Below are positions 9,668 to 20,067 of a DNA stretch of 64,000 bases, piece after piece (the stretch's first letter is position 1; every line of letters begins with the position of its first letter). A model generated the notes under the pieces. It saw only the letters and a list, made by a program, of their open reading frames with translations. It did no database searches and was not told the origin of the DNA. The position numbers and the translations under genes are program-made. Source of the DNA: an uncultured candidate division Zixibacteria bacterium (GTDB taxonomy: Bacteria > Zixibacteria > MSB-5A5 > UBA10806 > 4484-95); assembly GCA_963668625.2 (NCBI GenBank), contig CAXXKA010000008.1, positions 1 to 64,000 on the forward strand, in the 5' to 3' direction.

Positions 9668-12600
9668 CTATTTCAGAAGCATCATTCGTTTGGTCATACG
9701 TTCGCTATCGGTTGCCAGACGGTAAAAATATAAGCCGCTCGATACCGGCTCACCACTACCATCGGTACCATTCCAGATAAACGAAGCGAAACCGGCTTGA
9801 TGATAACCGCTGTAAATCGATTTGACCTGCTGGCCCAGTACGTTGAATACATCCAGTGAGACGTATCCAGCCTCGGGTAATGCGAAGCTAATCGAGGTTT
9901 GAGCGTTGAACGGATTAGGGTAGTTCTGCGCCAGGTTGTATTCTGCCGGCAAAACCGCCTCATTATCATCGACACCCGTAATATCATCGTTAGAACCGTA
10001 ATCAGCGTTCGAGGCTAATGAAACCGCTTCATAACCATCACCCTGGAAAACGGCCTGGACATAATACCAGTAAATCTCGTTATCCTCGGTGGTGTTATCA
10101 TCGAAACTGACACCGGTAATCGGAGCATCATGTATTTTCTCATAGATACCGTTCGACCAATCGCTGCGATAGACATTATAACCTACAACATCAGCGTGAT
10201 CGACTGCCGTCCAGGAAACCGTCACATGATCATCCAGGTTTTCGCTGGCTGTCAGGTCGCCCGGGATCGGGCATTTACTTAAGGTAGCGTCCTGGCCCAA
10301 CGTGAAAGCATCCGCCTCTATCGTGACATCGGATAATGTCTGAGGGAACCAACCGTCTTTGCTGAATGTGAGGTTAGCCGTACCCGATGGTATATCCCTG
10401 ACGGTGAACGAACCATTATCATCGGCCATGCCCCATGGACCCGATGAGATATTAACCATAGCATCGTTAACCGAACTCTCCTCGACAGAGACCATACCTT
10501 TCACTCCGCCTAAACCGTTATTGGTGGTTATACGGTACACGCGATGGTCGGTCAGGGTGGCGCAGCCGGAGCCCATTATATTCGAATAAGAAATCGAATA
10601 ACCGATAGTCTCGGTCGAATCCTCGTAACCCACGGTCGAATAATTCTCACCACTGCCACCATCGTTGTTGGTTATATCGTAATAGATGAGCTCGATCATA
10701 CCATCTCCGGTAATCGTCGGATGGTATTCGGGATCGTATAGAATGATCTGGAATGTCTCGTGAACACTCGAGCTCAAACGGGTCGGGACATTGTACCATT
10801 CTATGATATAGCGATGATTGGTTTCATCGTTATAGGTGAAAACGTTGTTCGAGCCGGACGGTCCGAGGTCATCCCAAAAACCGGCAATCATATTATTAGC
10901 ATAAGATCCGCTGGGCATCTCCCAGTTGCGGAAAGTAACCCACTGTGTCGAGTCCATGCAAATCCAGCCATTGGAGCAGATTGTTACTCTATCGTATGTG
11001 GTGCCGAAATACGTGAAATCGAACGGCAGGTCTTCCATGGTCTTGGTATCATCGGAAAGATACTGGTTATCACCCAGAGTACGCACTTCCATCCAGTCGT
11101 AACTCGGAACCTCCGGGTAACCGGCATCGGTATCATCATAAATATAATAGCCATAAGCATCCGGGCCGGTGGGGTCGTTAGAGGTCATATTGCCGATAGT
11201 CAGGTTAAACGGTATGTTGTACCTGGCTCCGTCCGTCGAGGAGAGCTCGAGAATGAGCGGCGCGTTTCGGCCCTCGAAAGCCGCCTCATGAACGGTCACG
11301 CTGAACGGTACGCTGTTGCTCCCGGTTTCATCCACGGCTATATTACCGAATACCGCTCTCAAATCCCCGACCTGAACCAGGCCGTCATGAGAGACCAGGT
11401 AACCGTTTACGGTGGAGGCATCCACTTGCCCGATATTTTCCAGGCTGACAGTCACCTCAACCGTCTCACCCGGATCGAGCCTGTCGTTACCGCTTATTTC
11501 GACATCGGAGACATCGAATCTGGCAGCGGCAATATCAACGCTGAAGAATGAACTCCAGGGTTCGCTTACACCGTCGGCGGTTATATCCAGCCGGAATAAC
11601 ATCTCGTCCTCATCGATAGCGCCCGGCATCACCGTAAACGTGAACGGACGCGGCCCCTCGATACTCTGGCCGGCGGCCAAATCTCCATAGTTAATAACGA
11701 AATCATGAACCACTGCTTTCGACTCATCCAACGAAACAATCGTAGCTACGACACCATTGGCGGTAGCGCTTTCGCCGAAATTCTTCAAAGCCAGTTCGTA
11801 CTGGATAGTCTCGTTCGGGCCGGCTAAACCATCGCCATTGCCGGACTGAGTATCGCTGACCGTGCCGTAGTCGAATGTCACTGTCTGAGCGGCATGACCC
11901 AGGGTTAGTGTATCCAGAAGAGGTTTTAAGTCACGCCCGGATACGGTAAACATCAAGTCACCTACCGTGTCCGTGGGCACTTCTAAAATAGCGAAACCGA
12001 ACTCATCGGTTTTGGCAACGCTAAAAAATACCTCATCGTCGCCCTCGCCCAATATCAGGGTAGCGTAAGCTCCCGCAACCGGAACGTTTTCGGTTTCAAC
12101 GTATATTTCCATCGAATTTATGCCGTACTCGAGCTCTTCAGGATAAACAACATTGATAATTCTCGGCGTCATAAGCCTCATCTCGAGTTCGGGATCGCCG
12201 AGCATGTTGTAGGTGTGGAAATATTTCTGGATTTCGCTATGCGCCCTGGGATAATTGTTATACTGGCAAATTTTGCCGGCGATAACAGCCGTTCCGAAAT
12301 TATAAATACCCTGTTCTAACAAACCAAAATACAGTCCGAAACTGATCGGGTTATTCCAGCGTGTATGTGTGTTATGATCGGTACTGCCAAAAAATGACGG
12401 TCCGCCACGCGGCGCGGTCGCCGAGCCCATCCTTATCCACTGTTCACCGAAACAGGGATCGGAATACGAATCCTCGAAATCACCCGTACCACAAACAATC
12501 GAGGTCATAATGCCGGGTTTATCGATGTTCTGACATTGATTCAAACTACTGACATTATACGAGGGATCGTACCAGCCGGAGGAACCAGCCCAACCGCGAT

Positions 12601-13975
12601 AGTTGACATAACCGACACCGGCGGTAATAGGGTTGGTAATCCTGGAATCAGGCGGATCCGAACCACGATCGAATACCGTATCTATCTGGGTAAAGCCGTG
12701 CGCGTGAAGTCGTTCTTTCGCCCAGAGCACCGTCCAGGCGCAAGTCACCGTCTGTTGTGAACCGGCAACCATAATAGCACGTTTCCAATATCCGGGATCT
12801 TCCGTTACGTCAGGATCGATCTCATATTCCCTGACTTTGGCTTTCCAGGCCCGAAGCTCATTGATGTTATCTACACTGACCCTCGATACGGCCAACTCGG
12901 GCAGATAATCCGAACCATCGAGCATCGAGTAAGGGTGATCGGATGCATAACCGCTGTAGCCATACTGCGGGATAACTCTATCCTCATCGCCAATCAAATA
13001 CAAAAATTCGGGAGGCATATCGTAGGTGTTATAGGCGTTTTGCACGAACGTTTTTACCTGCGTCGTTGAAGGCCTACCGTCGGACGGATCGACATCGTGA
13101 GTGCTAGCCAGTACCACATTGTAGCCTTTTTGACGTTTCCAGGTAGCTATCTCCTGCATCTCATCAATCCAGTCGTAACCGGTTACATCCGGGCATATCA
13201 TCAGGATTGTCCCGCGTTTTACCTCCAATGAGGTCAAAAACGAGGAATAGAACTCATCCCAGTTGGCAATATACGATTTGTACAGGGGTAAAAACGCCTC
13301 GGAAAGATATTGAGCCGAACGAGTTTTCGGATTAACTACTTCGCCCTCATAGCTGATATCCACGGAAACATTATTGTATATTTTAAGCTGCCTAGTGACT
13401 GGATTGTACTGAACCGGGTAAACCGAAACTTGAGCCACGCGAACATCGCGGAATACCATAGGCTCGTCTGCCTCGGCCAGTGTGCCGGGCAAGAATCTAT
13501 CCTGACTGTAGGCGGCCATATTCATATCGAATTCAACCGCGCTATCCCAACCGCTTTCCGGCATCGGGGTTTGCATCGGCATAACATCGACATTTTCGAT
13601 AATCTCGTAATTATCGTAAGTCGCGCTAACCTTAATACCCGCGTTATCGGGGATAGCGATAAGGGTGGATAGCACCGGCATCTCGGGATTCCCGATATCG
13701 CTGGTCATACCGGATACCATTTTTTCGCCCTCTGGTAATGTTAGCTTACTGAACGTACCTTCCTGCAAGGTCTGGTTCCGTAAACCGAGAGCATCGATGT
13801 TTACGCTGAAATTAACAGCGCCGCTAGTTTGTGATCCCATCAGTAACTGGGATCGGGATTCATCCAGGTCGGTGACTATCCGTACATTATTAGCGGCCAT
13901 AACCGTCGACACGGAAAATAAAGCGATCGCTAATAACGCAACAAATGATGATAGCGCCTTTAACCTTGATGTCAT
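9668..13975 (-). CDS. Gingipain-like C25 family protein with propeptide, Ig-like/FN3 domains and a T9SS-type/FlgD C-terminal domain
   Basis: Motifs WKRQKGY, LYLIGD, SDHPYSMLDGSDYLPEL, SIVCGTG, CFGEQW and YNMLGDP; C-terminus QNYPNPFNAQT...SSGLYFYRL...KRMMLLK. Start moved to ATG 13975 (SD GGAGG). Confidence 0.9.
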   Translation of the reverse strand: MTSRLKALSSFVALLAIALFSVSTVMAANNVRIVTDLDESRSQLLMGSQTSGAVNFSVNIDALGLRNQTLQEGTFSKLTLPEGEKMVSGMTSDIGNPEMPVLSTLIAIPDNAGIKVSATYDNYEIIENVDVMPMQTPMPESGWDSAVEFDMNMAAYSQDRFLPGTLAEADEPMVFRDVRVAQVSVYPVQYNPVTRQLKIYNNVSVDISYEGEVVNPKTRSAQYLSEAFLPLYKSYIANWDEFYSSFLTSLEVKRGTILMICPDVTGYDWIDEMQEIATWKRQKGYNVVLASTHDVDPSDGRPSTTQVKTFVQNAYNTYDMPPEFLYLIGDEDRVIPQYGYSGYASDHPYSMLDGSDYLPELAVSRVSVDNINELRAWKAKVREYEIDPDVTEDPGYWKRAIMVAGSQQTVTCAWTVLWAKERLHAHGFTQIDTVFDRGSDPPDSRITNPITAGVGYVNYRGWAGSSGWYDPSYNVSSLNQCQNIDKPGIMTSIVCGTGDFEDSYSDPCFGEQWIRMGSATAPRGGPSFFGSTDHNTHTRWNNPISFGLYFGLLEQGIYNFGTAVIAGKICQYNNYPRAHSEIQKYFHTYNMLGDPELEMRLMTPRIINVVYPEELEYGINSMEIYVETENVPVAGAYATLILGEGDDEVFFSVAKTDEFGFAILEVPTDTVGDLMFTVSGRDLKPLLDTLTLGHAAQTVTFDYGTVSDTQSGNGDGLAGPNETIQYELALKNFGESATANGVVATIVSLDESKAVVHDFVINYGDLAAGQSIEGPRPFTFTVMPGAIDEDEMLFRLDITADGVSEPWSSFFSVDIAAARFDVSDVEISGNDRLDPGETVEVTVSLENIGQVDASTVNGYLVSHDGLVQVGDLRAVFGNIAVDETGSNSVPFSVTVHEAAFEGRNAPLILELSSTDGARYNIPFNLTIGNMTSNDPTGPDAYGYYIYDDTDAGYPEVPSYDWMEVRTLGDNQYLSDDTKTMEDLPFDFTYFGTTYDRVTICSNGWICMDSTQWVTFRNWEMPSGSYANNMIAGFWDDLGPSGSNNVFTYNDETNHRYIIEWYNVPTRLSSSVHETFQIILYDPEYHPTITGDGMIELIYYDITNNDGGSGENYSTVGYEDSTETIGYSISYSNIMGSGCATLTDHRVYRITTNNGLGGVKGMVSVEESSVNDAMVNISSGPWGMADDNGSFTVRDIPSGTANLTFSKDGWFPQTLSDVTIEADAFTLGQDATLSKCPIPGDLTASENLDDHVTVSWTAVDHADVVGYNVYRSDWSNGIYEKIHDAPITGVSFDDNTTEDNEIYWYYVQAVFQGDGYEAVSLASNADYGSNDDITGVDDNEAVLPAEYNLAQNYPNPFNAQTSISFALPEAGYVSLDVFNVLGQQVKSIYSGYHQAGFASFIWNGTDGSGEPVSSGLYFYRLATDSERMTKRMMLLK

Positions 13976-13989
13976 AAAACCTCCCACTA

Positions 13990-15783
13990 TTAGTTAATTA
14001 AATCACCATTTTCGAAAATCATCAGCCCGATATCTCTGTCGCAGATATAGATATAATCCTCGGTAGCGAATACGCCGTAAGCGTAAGGAGTCGTGTAAGC
14101 ATCGAGGAAAACAGGGTTATACGGATCGGACACGTCTATAATTTTTAAACCACCGTTGGCATCGGCCAGATAGCAATAGTTTCCGATAAGATGGACATCT
14201 TTGGTTCGTCCCGAGGTATTAATATCGGCAATCAACACCGGAGCGACCTCATACGAATCACCGTGATCGAAAGCCGGAATGGTATCAGGAAGATCGAAAA
14301 TTTGAAGTCCGCTTCTATCATCGGCAACATACACGAAACCATTCCTTGCTTTCAGCTTCAAAGCATCGTAAGGGGTGTCGGCGGAGCCAATAAATCGGGG
14401 ATCGTATAGAAGAAGCGTATCGGCGCCATGAAAACCGTGTGTTTGTGAAAGATTATACCAGAACAAACCTGCCTGAGATGCTCCGGCAAAAGCGAATAGA
14501 CAATCCTGCTGTTCATAATATGTCGATTCGCGATCTGCCTCATAGTATTCGATTGTCATTGTAAGTGAATCGAAACAAGCGCCTTTTCCATCAGCCGGTA
14601 ATCCTCTTGGATGAACGCTATAGAGATCACCATGACCGGGTATCGTTGATCTGTAAACGATCTGGTAAAAACCAATCTCACGTCTACTGAAATTACGCCT
14701 TGTTGCGGCTATATAAATCGTATCCTGAAAAACAGTACCGGCGATATCGGTCACGTTCTGATCGAAACCCAGGGAGATATTACGGAACGAGTAAATATCA
14801 AGCGGAAAACGAATATCCAGGGCAGCTATCTTACCGTCCAGATCGGCCATATAAACTATCTCATCGCCAGGCACTTTCCATGTTGTTGTGCCAAAGTCAC
14901 CATCGGGATGATCCATATTGCCCATCATAACCGGGTTCTCAGGATCAGTGACATTCACGATTGTCAACCCGGAGGCGCCATCAGCTATATAAGCGATAAC
15001 GCTATCGGGTCCTTCCTCAACCACGAAAACATCCTGGGCTATACCGTATGTTGAGATAGTGGATTTCAATACCAGGTAATCAACTGAGGTATTGATGGTA
15101 AATGACCACACCATAGCATCGGACCAATCTCCCCATTCGTAATCTTCGTTTTTTGCTCTAACTCGCCAATAATACAAATCATCATCCATAGTTTGATCTG
15201 ATTGAAAAACGGTGTCGGTGATATTCTCATCAACAACAATATTTGTAAACGTTGAATTTGTTGAGATGTTAACCTGATAACCTATTGCATCATCAAGTTG
15301 TTCCCACAACAGATCAGGAAGTTCAGTATAAGTCAGATCATTGTTTGGTGGAGACACAAGTTCTACAATATCCGGTTCCTCCGTTCCGTCGCTGATACGA
15401 AATGTCCAAACCGTTGCATCTGACCAATCTCCCCATACATCGTCATCATTTTTTGCTCGAACCCGCCAGTAATAATTTCTTTTAAGCAAATTAGAAGTGT
15501 GCGTATATGTAGTATCCTCCAGCGTACGAGTAAAAACCAAATCGGAAAAGATCGCATCTCTAGAAACCTGTAGCTGATAGCTGCGTACGTCATTGAGTGA
15601 CTCCCAGGTAAACGGTTGAACCGTTTCATACACCGATCCTGAAGGTGGAGAAACCAACTCGACAGCATTAGTAAAAGGCCTGTAAATTATAATCTTTTCT
15701 TTTGTACAGCTTATAACTGTATAAATAAGGGTAATAAATATAAATACTAGTATTGCCCATTTAAAAAAAGCAACGTGTCTCAT
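13990..15783 (-). CDS. Lipoprotein with two FN3-like repeats and LVIVD-repeat (beta-propeller-like) C-terminus
   Basis: Lipobox VISC; repeated VELVSPP...YYWRVRAKN..WGDWSDA; YIADG..GL.I.DVSDP repeats. Start moved to ATG 15783 (SD GGAG). Confidence 0.82.
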   Translation of the reverse strand: MRHVAFFKWAILVFIFITLIYTVISCTKEKIIIYRPFTNAVELVSPPSGSVYETVQPFTWESLNDVRSYQLQVSRDAIFSDLVFTRTLEDTTYTHTSNLLKRNYYWRVRAKNDDDVWGDWSDATVWTFRISDGTEEPDIVELVSPPNNDLTYTELPDLLWEQLDDAIGYQVNISTNSTFTNIVVDENITDTVFQSDQTMDDDLYYWRVRAKNEDYEWGDWSDAMVWSFTINTSVDYLVLKSTISTYGIAQDVFVVEEGPDSVIAYIADGASGLTIVNVTDPENPVMMGNMDHPDGDFGTTTWKVPGDEIVYMADLDGKIAALDIRFPLDIYSFRNISLGFDQNVTDIAGTVFQDTIYIAATRRNFSRREIGFYQIVYRSTIPGHGDLYSVHPRGLPADGKGACFDSLTMTIEYYEADRESTYYEQQDCLFAFAGASQAGLFWYNLSQTHGFHGADTLLLYDPRFIGSADTPYDALKLKARNGFVYVADDRSGLQIFDLPDTIPAFDHGDSYEVAPVLIADINTSGRTKDVHLIGNYCYLADANGGLKIIDVSDPYNPVFLDAYTTPYAYGVFATEDYIYICDRDIGLMIFENGDLIN

Positions 15784-15911
15784 TTCAACTCCACAGCTTT
15801 TTAATTTAAAAGAATAAAGGGACTTGCATAATACTCCCGCAAAGTCCCAGTTACTTCGATTTATTTTTAGAGTGCTAATACTTAAGCACAAGCATGCTAA
15901 TTCCCCATTGC

Positions 15912-15939
15912 AATATACTTTGTACTCTTTGATTGTCAA
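15912..15939 (-). promoter_or_regulatory. sigma70-type promoter for the lipoprotein-C25 operon
   Basis: TTGACA-N16-TATATT on the minus strand. Confidence 0.55.
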
Positions 15940-16226
15940 GTAAAAATAAGCCTGTAGAAAGGCTTAATGACTACTCTTAAGTCTCTATAATTTAACAAGT
16001 TGCCTCCATCGCCGAAATAGGGAAAAAGACCCGACATTATCACCTGTCAGAATCTGTCACATTGTTATATTTTATCCTGATGATTTATAATATCTTACAC
16101 TGGTGTTACGATATCGCAACATGCGAAACCGGCTCAGAAACAAAAGCTTGACAGTTGTCTTGGCGTTATGTTTATTTTGATATACTGGTTAGCTATCGTT
16201 CAAAGAATTTTTAAAATAAGGAGATT

Positions 16227-16511
16227 ATGATGCCGAATTTCATAGTTCTGGCTAAAGGAACAATAGAGAGCAAAAAAAATATCAAGGAATTGAAACAGAA
16301 ATTCGTCGATGTTAGCAACGTATTTAAAGCCAAAGATTCCCGGATAATTAATGCTTATGCGGTGATGGGTGTTTACGATTATATTTTCGTTACCGAGGCG
16401 CCCAACCTTCAAACCGCATTCGAGTTATCGGCCATGATAGGTCAGCTCGGTTCGTTCGAATGCGAAACCTGCCCGATTATGCCGTTGGAGGAACTCTACG
16501 ACCTGATCTAG
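16227..16511 (+). CDS. GYD domain-containing protein
   Basis: 94 aa; YAVMGVYDYIFVTEAP pattern; SD AGGAG; TTGACA at 16148. Confidence 0.8.
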   Translation: MMPNFIVLAKGTIESKKNIKELKQKFVDVSNVFKAKDSRIINAYAVMGVYDYIFVTEAPNLQTAFELSAMIGQLGSFECETCPIMPLEELYDLI

Positions 16512-17245
16512 ATGCCGACATCGGTGTATAACTGGTAAAAGCCCGATAGGTCGAGCTTATCCTTTATCTCGAAAGTGAGTTCCATGATATCCGCCGGTTT
16601 TAATTTATCGGTAGAGCTTGCACAGTAGCTTAAAAACAGATTTGCCCAGTGAGCGAAAGCGGTCAGCGTATCCTTACCGCTTTCGTACCCAACCCCTTTA
16701 ATGAACGAAACTATACCGTTATTATCGACAGATACGACACCCAGTATCTTATATGTTTGCGAAAGCTCATCTTTAGCTTTGCGCAGATTCTTGGTAACCA
16801 TATAAGCGCCGATTTTTTCTATGCAATTCGTCGAGATGATATTAACCGCTTTAATCAGAAACTCCGGCCCGAGATCGTTGCTTGCGCGATGCTCCGGCTG
16901 GTTTACTTTCAACTGCCCTTGCGCAAATTTACGGCTTATTGCCGGGATAGCCTCGCGGCAGACCGTACCTAGCATGTTAAGGTTCAAATCTTCGCGACCT
17001 AAAACCACGATAACCATTTGATTACGATTATATAACCGGGCGGCGCCGTTTTCGAAAAAGAAATCCAGCGATATATTCTGGTTTAATGACCGACCCAGGG
17101 CCAGAATCCGCAGCGATATCTGCTTGATATTATCGGAATTGAACGAAGCAGGCATCAACTGGTAGGTTAACGCCCGGCTTTTATCGATCACGATAGTCCC
17201 GACAACTCCGGGCACGGATCGTATATTAGCCAAAATCTTATCCAT
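16508..17245 (-). CDS. Protein with N-terminal roadblock/LC7 (MglB-like) domain and helical C-terminal domain
   Basis: N-terminus MDKILANIRSVPGVVGTIVID is typical of roadblock folds; TAATG coupling to the upstream gene. Confidence 0.65.
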   Translation of the reverse strand: MDKILANIRSVPGVVGTIVIDKSRALTYQLMPASFNSDNIKQISLRILALGRSLNQNISLDFFFENGAARLYNRNQMVIVVLGREDLNLNMLGTVCREAIPAISRKFAQGQLKVNQPEHRASNDLGPEFLIKAVNIISTNCIEKIGAYMVTKNLRKAKDELSQTYKILGVVSVDNNGIVSFIKGVGYESGKDTLTAFAHWANLFLSYCASSTDKLKPADIMELTFEIKDKLDLSGFYQLYTDVGI

Positions 17246-17865
17246 TACGGTTTAACCTTGCTTAACTGGCTTATTACCTCGGACACGTCGGCATCCTTGT
17301 TAAGGCTGAACAGGTAGGTTTCCCCGCCGAATCCAGAGAGGATATATTTGCCATCCTCAACCATGGCCACCATACGTTGCAGTTTACCCAGCCGGGTATT
17401 TTGCGAGATGGCAATAACCAGATCTTTAATCAAATGGATATTTTGCATTATAGGATTATCGGCGCTTTGATTGCTTTCATAGCCCGACAGGTCTCGCAAA
17501 TCAACCGGATCGATCTTGCTTATCCCCGACACCAGCGCCAGCCTGTCCTCGACAGAGACTGTCAATTCCGAAACCGACTGCATGAACTCTCTGGGCCGTG
17601 AGCTAACCGTTTTGGCTACCGTAAAATGCTGACGTTTTAAAGCTTTCTCGGCGGCGTAAATCGGATCCTCCTCATCGCCGGTTCCTATATATGCTTTTTC
17701 AACTTTATGCACCACCTGGCCGCTAACCGCCACGGCGGTAATAATTTTGCCGCTGACAATGTCATCACCCGCCGACTGGTTGCCGGCGATAAATTCGGTT
17801 TGAAGGATAAACATCTTCTCCTCGGCCTTAACCGAGGATGTCAGCCCTGCCGGTATTTTTGCCAT
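17245..17865 (-). CDS. Hypothetical protein, possibly with a C-terminal roadblock-like domain
   Basis: Long ORF coupled to the next gene; C-terminal LALVSGISKI...LGKLQRMVAMVEDGKYIL pattern. Confidence 0.6.
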   Translation of the reverse strand: MAKIPAGLTSSVKAEEKMFILQTEFIAGNQSAGDDIVSGKIITAVAVSGQVVHKVEKAYIGTGDEEDPIYAAEKALKRQHFTVAKTVSSRPREFMQSVSELTVSVEDRLALVSGISKIDPVDLRDLSGYESNQSADNPIMQNIHLIKDLVIAISQNTRLGKLQRMVAMVEDGKYILSGFGGETYLFSLNKDADVSEVISQLSKVKP

Positions 17866-17893
17866 AATTCGCTTTTACTCCTATTCTTACATT

Positions 17894-17920
17894 GTATCGG
17901 CACCAGCTATGTAAATGTTA
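17894..17920 (-). promoter_or_regulatory. sigma28 (FliA)-like promoter
   Basis: TAAC-N15-GCCGATAC versus consensus TAAA-N15-GCCGATAA, about 30 nt upstream of the start codon. Confidence 0.55.
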
Positions 17921-18075
17921 ATAAGGTCGCTAAAGTTAACCAATAATGGATAATCAAGAACACTAAATTATCCCCATTAATCTCAAACTTTCATGAAGGT
18001 TTCACCGGATCGGGTAATAGCCCTCGAAAGCTGCCCTTTCTGATATTTTCTGCCTATTCGGGATGCGCAATAAAC

Positions 18076-18103
18076 TTGACAATGTTAATTAATGGGCTAC
18101 ATT
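18076..18103 (+). promoter_or_regulatory. sigma70-type promoter
   Basis: TTGACA-N16-TACATT upstream of the four-gene secreted-protein cluster. Confidence 0.55.
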
Positions 18104-18143
18104 AGAAAGTATAACGAGTCGAATTCTAAAACAGTGGGGTATC

Positions 18144-18758
18144 ATGAAAGTAACTGGACCTATAGTTATCTTTATACTGATAATGTCGTTTGCTATAGCG
18201 GATAATACCGATAAAAAGTCCGAGGCGATCAGAAAACCGGCGATTGATTTTTACCAGGAGGAAATCACTTTAATCGTTAATGATACTATTTCGCGGGTCG
18301 AGGGTGTATATCATATTAAAAATAACACCTCTAAAAGCTTGAATCTACCGCTGGTGTTTCCTTTCTATGTCGATAGCCTGACTGATTTCCCTCATCTTAT
18401 CGAGATTTTTTACGAGGACAGTCTCGGTGTCAAACGTAATGCGGGTTACAGAGGCTACCCGGAACGTAAGATGATTCGCCTATCGGTGCCGGTTGTGGCC
18501 GATAGCTCGGTTACCTGGCATTTGAATTACGAGCAGAGAATAAAAAGCAAACGAGCAGTTTATATCATTACCTCGACCAACGTCTGGAGCAAACCATTGG
18601 ATAAAGCAACCTATACGTATATCGCACCGGCGGATTTCGAGATCGCCGAGATATGGCCCGAACCCGATACGAGTTATGGAGATAGCTTAATAACATACCG
18701 CCGATGCATCAAATTCGATTTCCTGCCTTCCCGGGAGATGGAGATAAATTGGAAATGA
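18144..18758 (+). CDS. Secreted hypothetical protein (DUF4424-like)
   Basis: Signal peptide; IDFYQEEITL, LVFPF and YIITSTNVWSKPLDKA motifs. Confidence 0.65.
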   Translation: MKVTGPIVIFILIMSFAIADNTDKKSEAIRKPAIDFYQEEITLIVNDTISRVEGVYHIKNNTSKSLNLPLVFPFYVDSLTDFPHLIEIFYEDSLGVKRNAGYRGYPERKMIRLSVPVVADSSVTWHLNYEQRIKSKRAVYIITSTNVWSKPLDKATYTYIAPADFEIAEIWPEPDTSYGDSLITYRRCIKFDFLPSREMEINWK

Positions 18759-18821
18759 TGTGTTAATTTTTAAGCTTGGATGAGTAGAGGTAGTATCCAG
18801 AGCTTAACAAGGAGGTATCAT

Positions 18822-20057
18822 ATGAGACAAGTTATAGTGATTCTTTCAATTGTTTTGCTGATCGGCGCATCAGCGGCGGCAAACCCATTGCCGGAACCGT
18901 TAATAACTGAGGTCTCGATAGACCCACCGTGGATTGAGATATTATATTACTATGTCGATGAGCTGGAGGGCGAGTACATTTACACCTCCGGCGGTGCGGC
19001 CGAGATACTGTCGGTTGAGGGAAGCGGTTACGGCTGCGCAATCCTCGACTCGACGAACACGACCGGTTTCGTACTAGATCCGGATGGCGATTCGATCAGC
19101 TTTTCATTCTTTCATTATTTTTCCAACGTGATAGGCTATGGCACCATGGGCGAACTTTGCGGAGCTCCTCCTCCCGGTTACACCATTAAAAACAAAATGT
19201 ATGAAGTGTGGCATCCGGGTGGGGAATGGTCGGATGTGCTCTACTATTTTTCATTCAGTGATGAACCATCCCCCGGATATTGGGATACTTATTTATGGGA
19301 CTGCCCTCATTGGGGCAGCTCATATCTCATTTTCAATGAAATTAGTTTATCCTGCAATTGGCCAACGAATAATGACGGCTTTATCGAGCTGTACAATGCC
19401 GGTTCGGAGATAATCACCACGACCGGCTATGCTATCGTAGGCGAGGTTTACTACCCCCTGCCCGAGGATATCATGATATTCCCCGGTGAATTCTATGTTG
19501 TGGACCAGGCCGATTGTCCCGAGTTGTTTGCCAACAAAGACAGTGATGTGATCTACCTGGTACAGGAGAACTCCGAGACCATCGATGTTGTCGACCAGGT
19601 GGGTTGGAGTTTCTATTTGGGTGATGAAATAAGCTTAATACGCTATCCCGAGGGTAATGTTGACTGGTCCAATGATGCTGATTTTCAGGGCTACGATTCC
19701 GAAACATCATACACATTCGAAATCGGTTTACCGACTCGCGGTGAGGCCAACTTTGCATACAATCAAGGTATAGATAAGCCAAAAACATTACCCGAGGATC
19801 ACACTATCATGAGTTGCTACCCCAACCCGTTCAACGCCCGGACTAAAATCGATTTCTCATTGACTCAACCGGGCATGGTAACTCTATCGATATACGATAT
19901 CACCGGCCGGTTAATCGAGACATTAGCCAGGCAATACTACCCGGCGGGCAGTCATTCCGTAATATGGGATGCGGGCCAAAATTGCTCGGGGGTATATTTC
20001 GCGAGAATAGAAAGTGATAACATCAATTGTATAAGCAAAATGGTATTAGTAAAGTAA
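18822..20057 (+). CDS. Secreted lamin-tail-domain protein with T9SS-type C-terminal domain
   Basis: Signal peptide; LIFNEI..GFIELYNAG; CYPNPFNARTKI..GVYFARI..KMVLVK. Start moved to ATG 18822 (SD AGGAGG). Confidence 0.8.
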   Translation: MRQVIVILSIVLLIGASAAANPLPEPLITEVSIDPPWIEILYYYVDELEGEYIYTSGGAAEILSVEGSGYGCAILDSTNTTGFVLDPDGDSISFSFFHYFSNVIGYGTMGELCGAPPPGYTIKNKMYEVWHPGGEWSDVLYYFSFSDEPSPGYWDTYLWDCPHWGSSYLIFNEISLSCNWPTNNDGFIELYNAGSEIITTTGYAIVGEVYYPLPEDIMIFPGEFYVVDQADCPELFANKDSDVIYLVQENSETIDVVDQVGWSFYLGDEISLIRYPEGNVDWSNDADFQGYDSETSYTFEIGLPTRGEANFAYNQGIDKPKTLPEDHTIMSCYPNPFNARTKIDFSLTQPGMVTLSIYDITGRLIETLARQYYPAGSHSVIWDAGQNCSGVYFARIESDNINCISKMVLVK

Positions 20058-20067
20058 GAGGTATTTT

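Noticed and set aside
15784-15939. N-terminal extension of the 649-aa ORF
   Set aside because: The TTG start is the -35 box of a promoter; the signal peptide and SD fit ATG 15783
16044-16060. CTGTCAG-AAT-CTGTCAC, resembling a Pho box
   Set aside because: The repeat period is 10 bp rather than 11; a regulator site is possible but cannot be assigned
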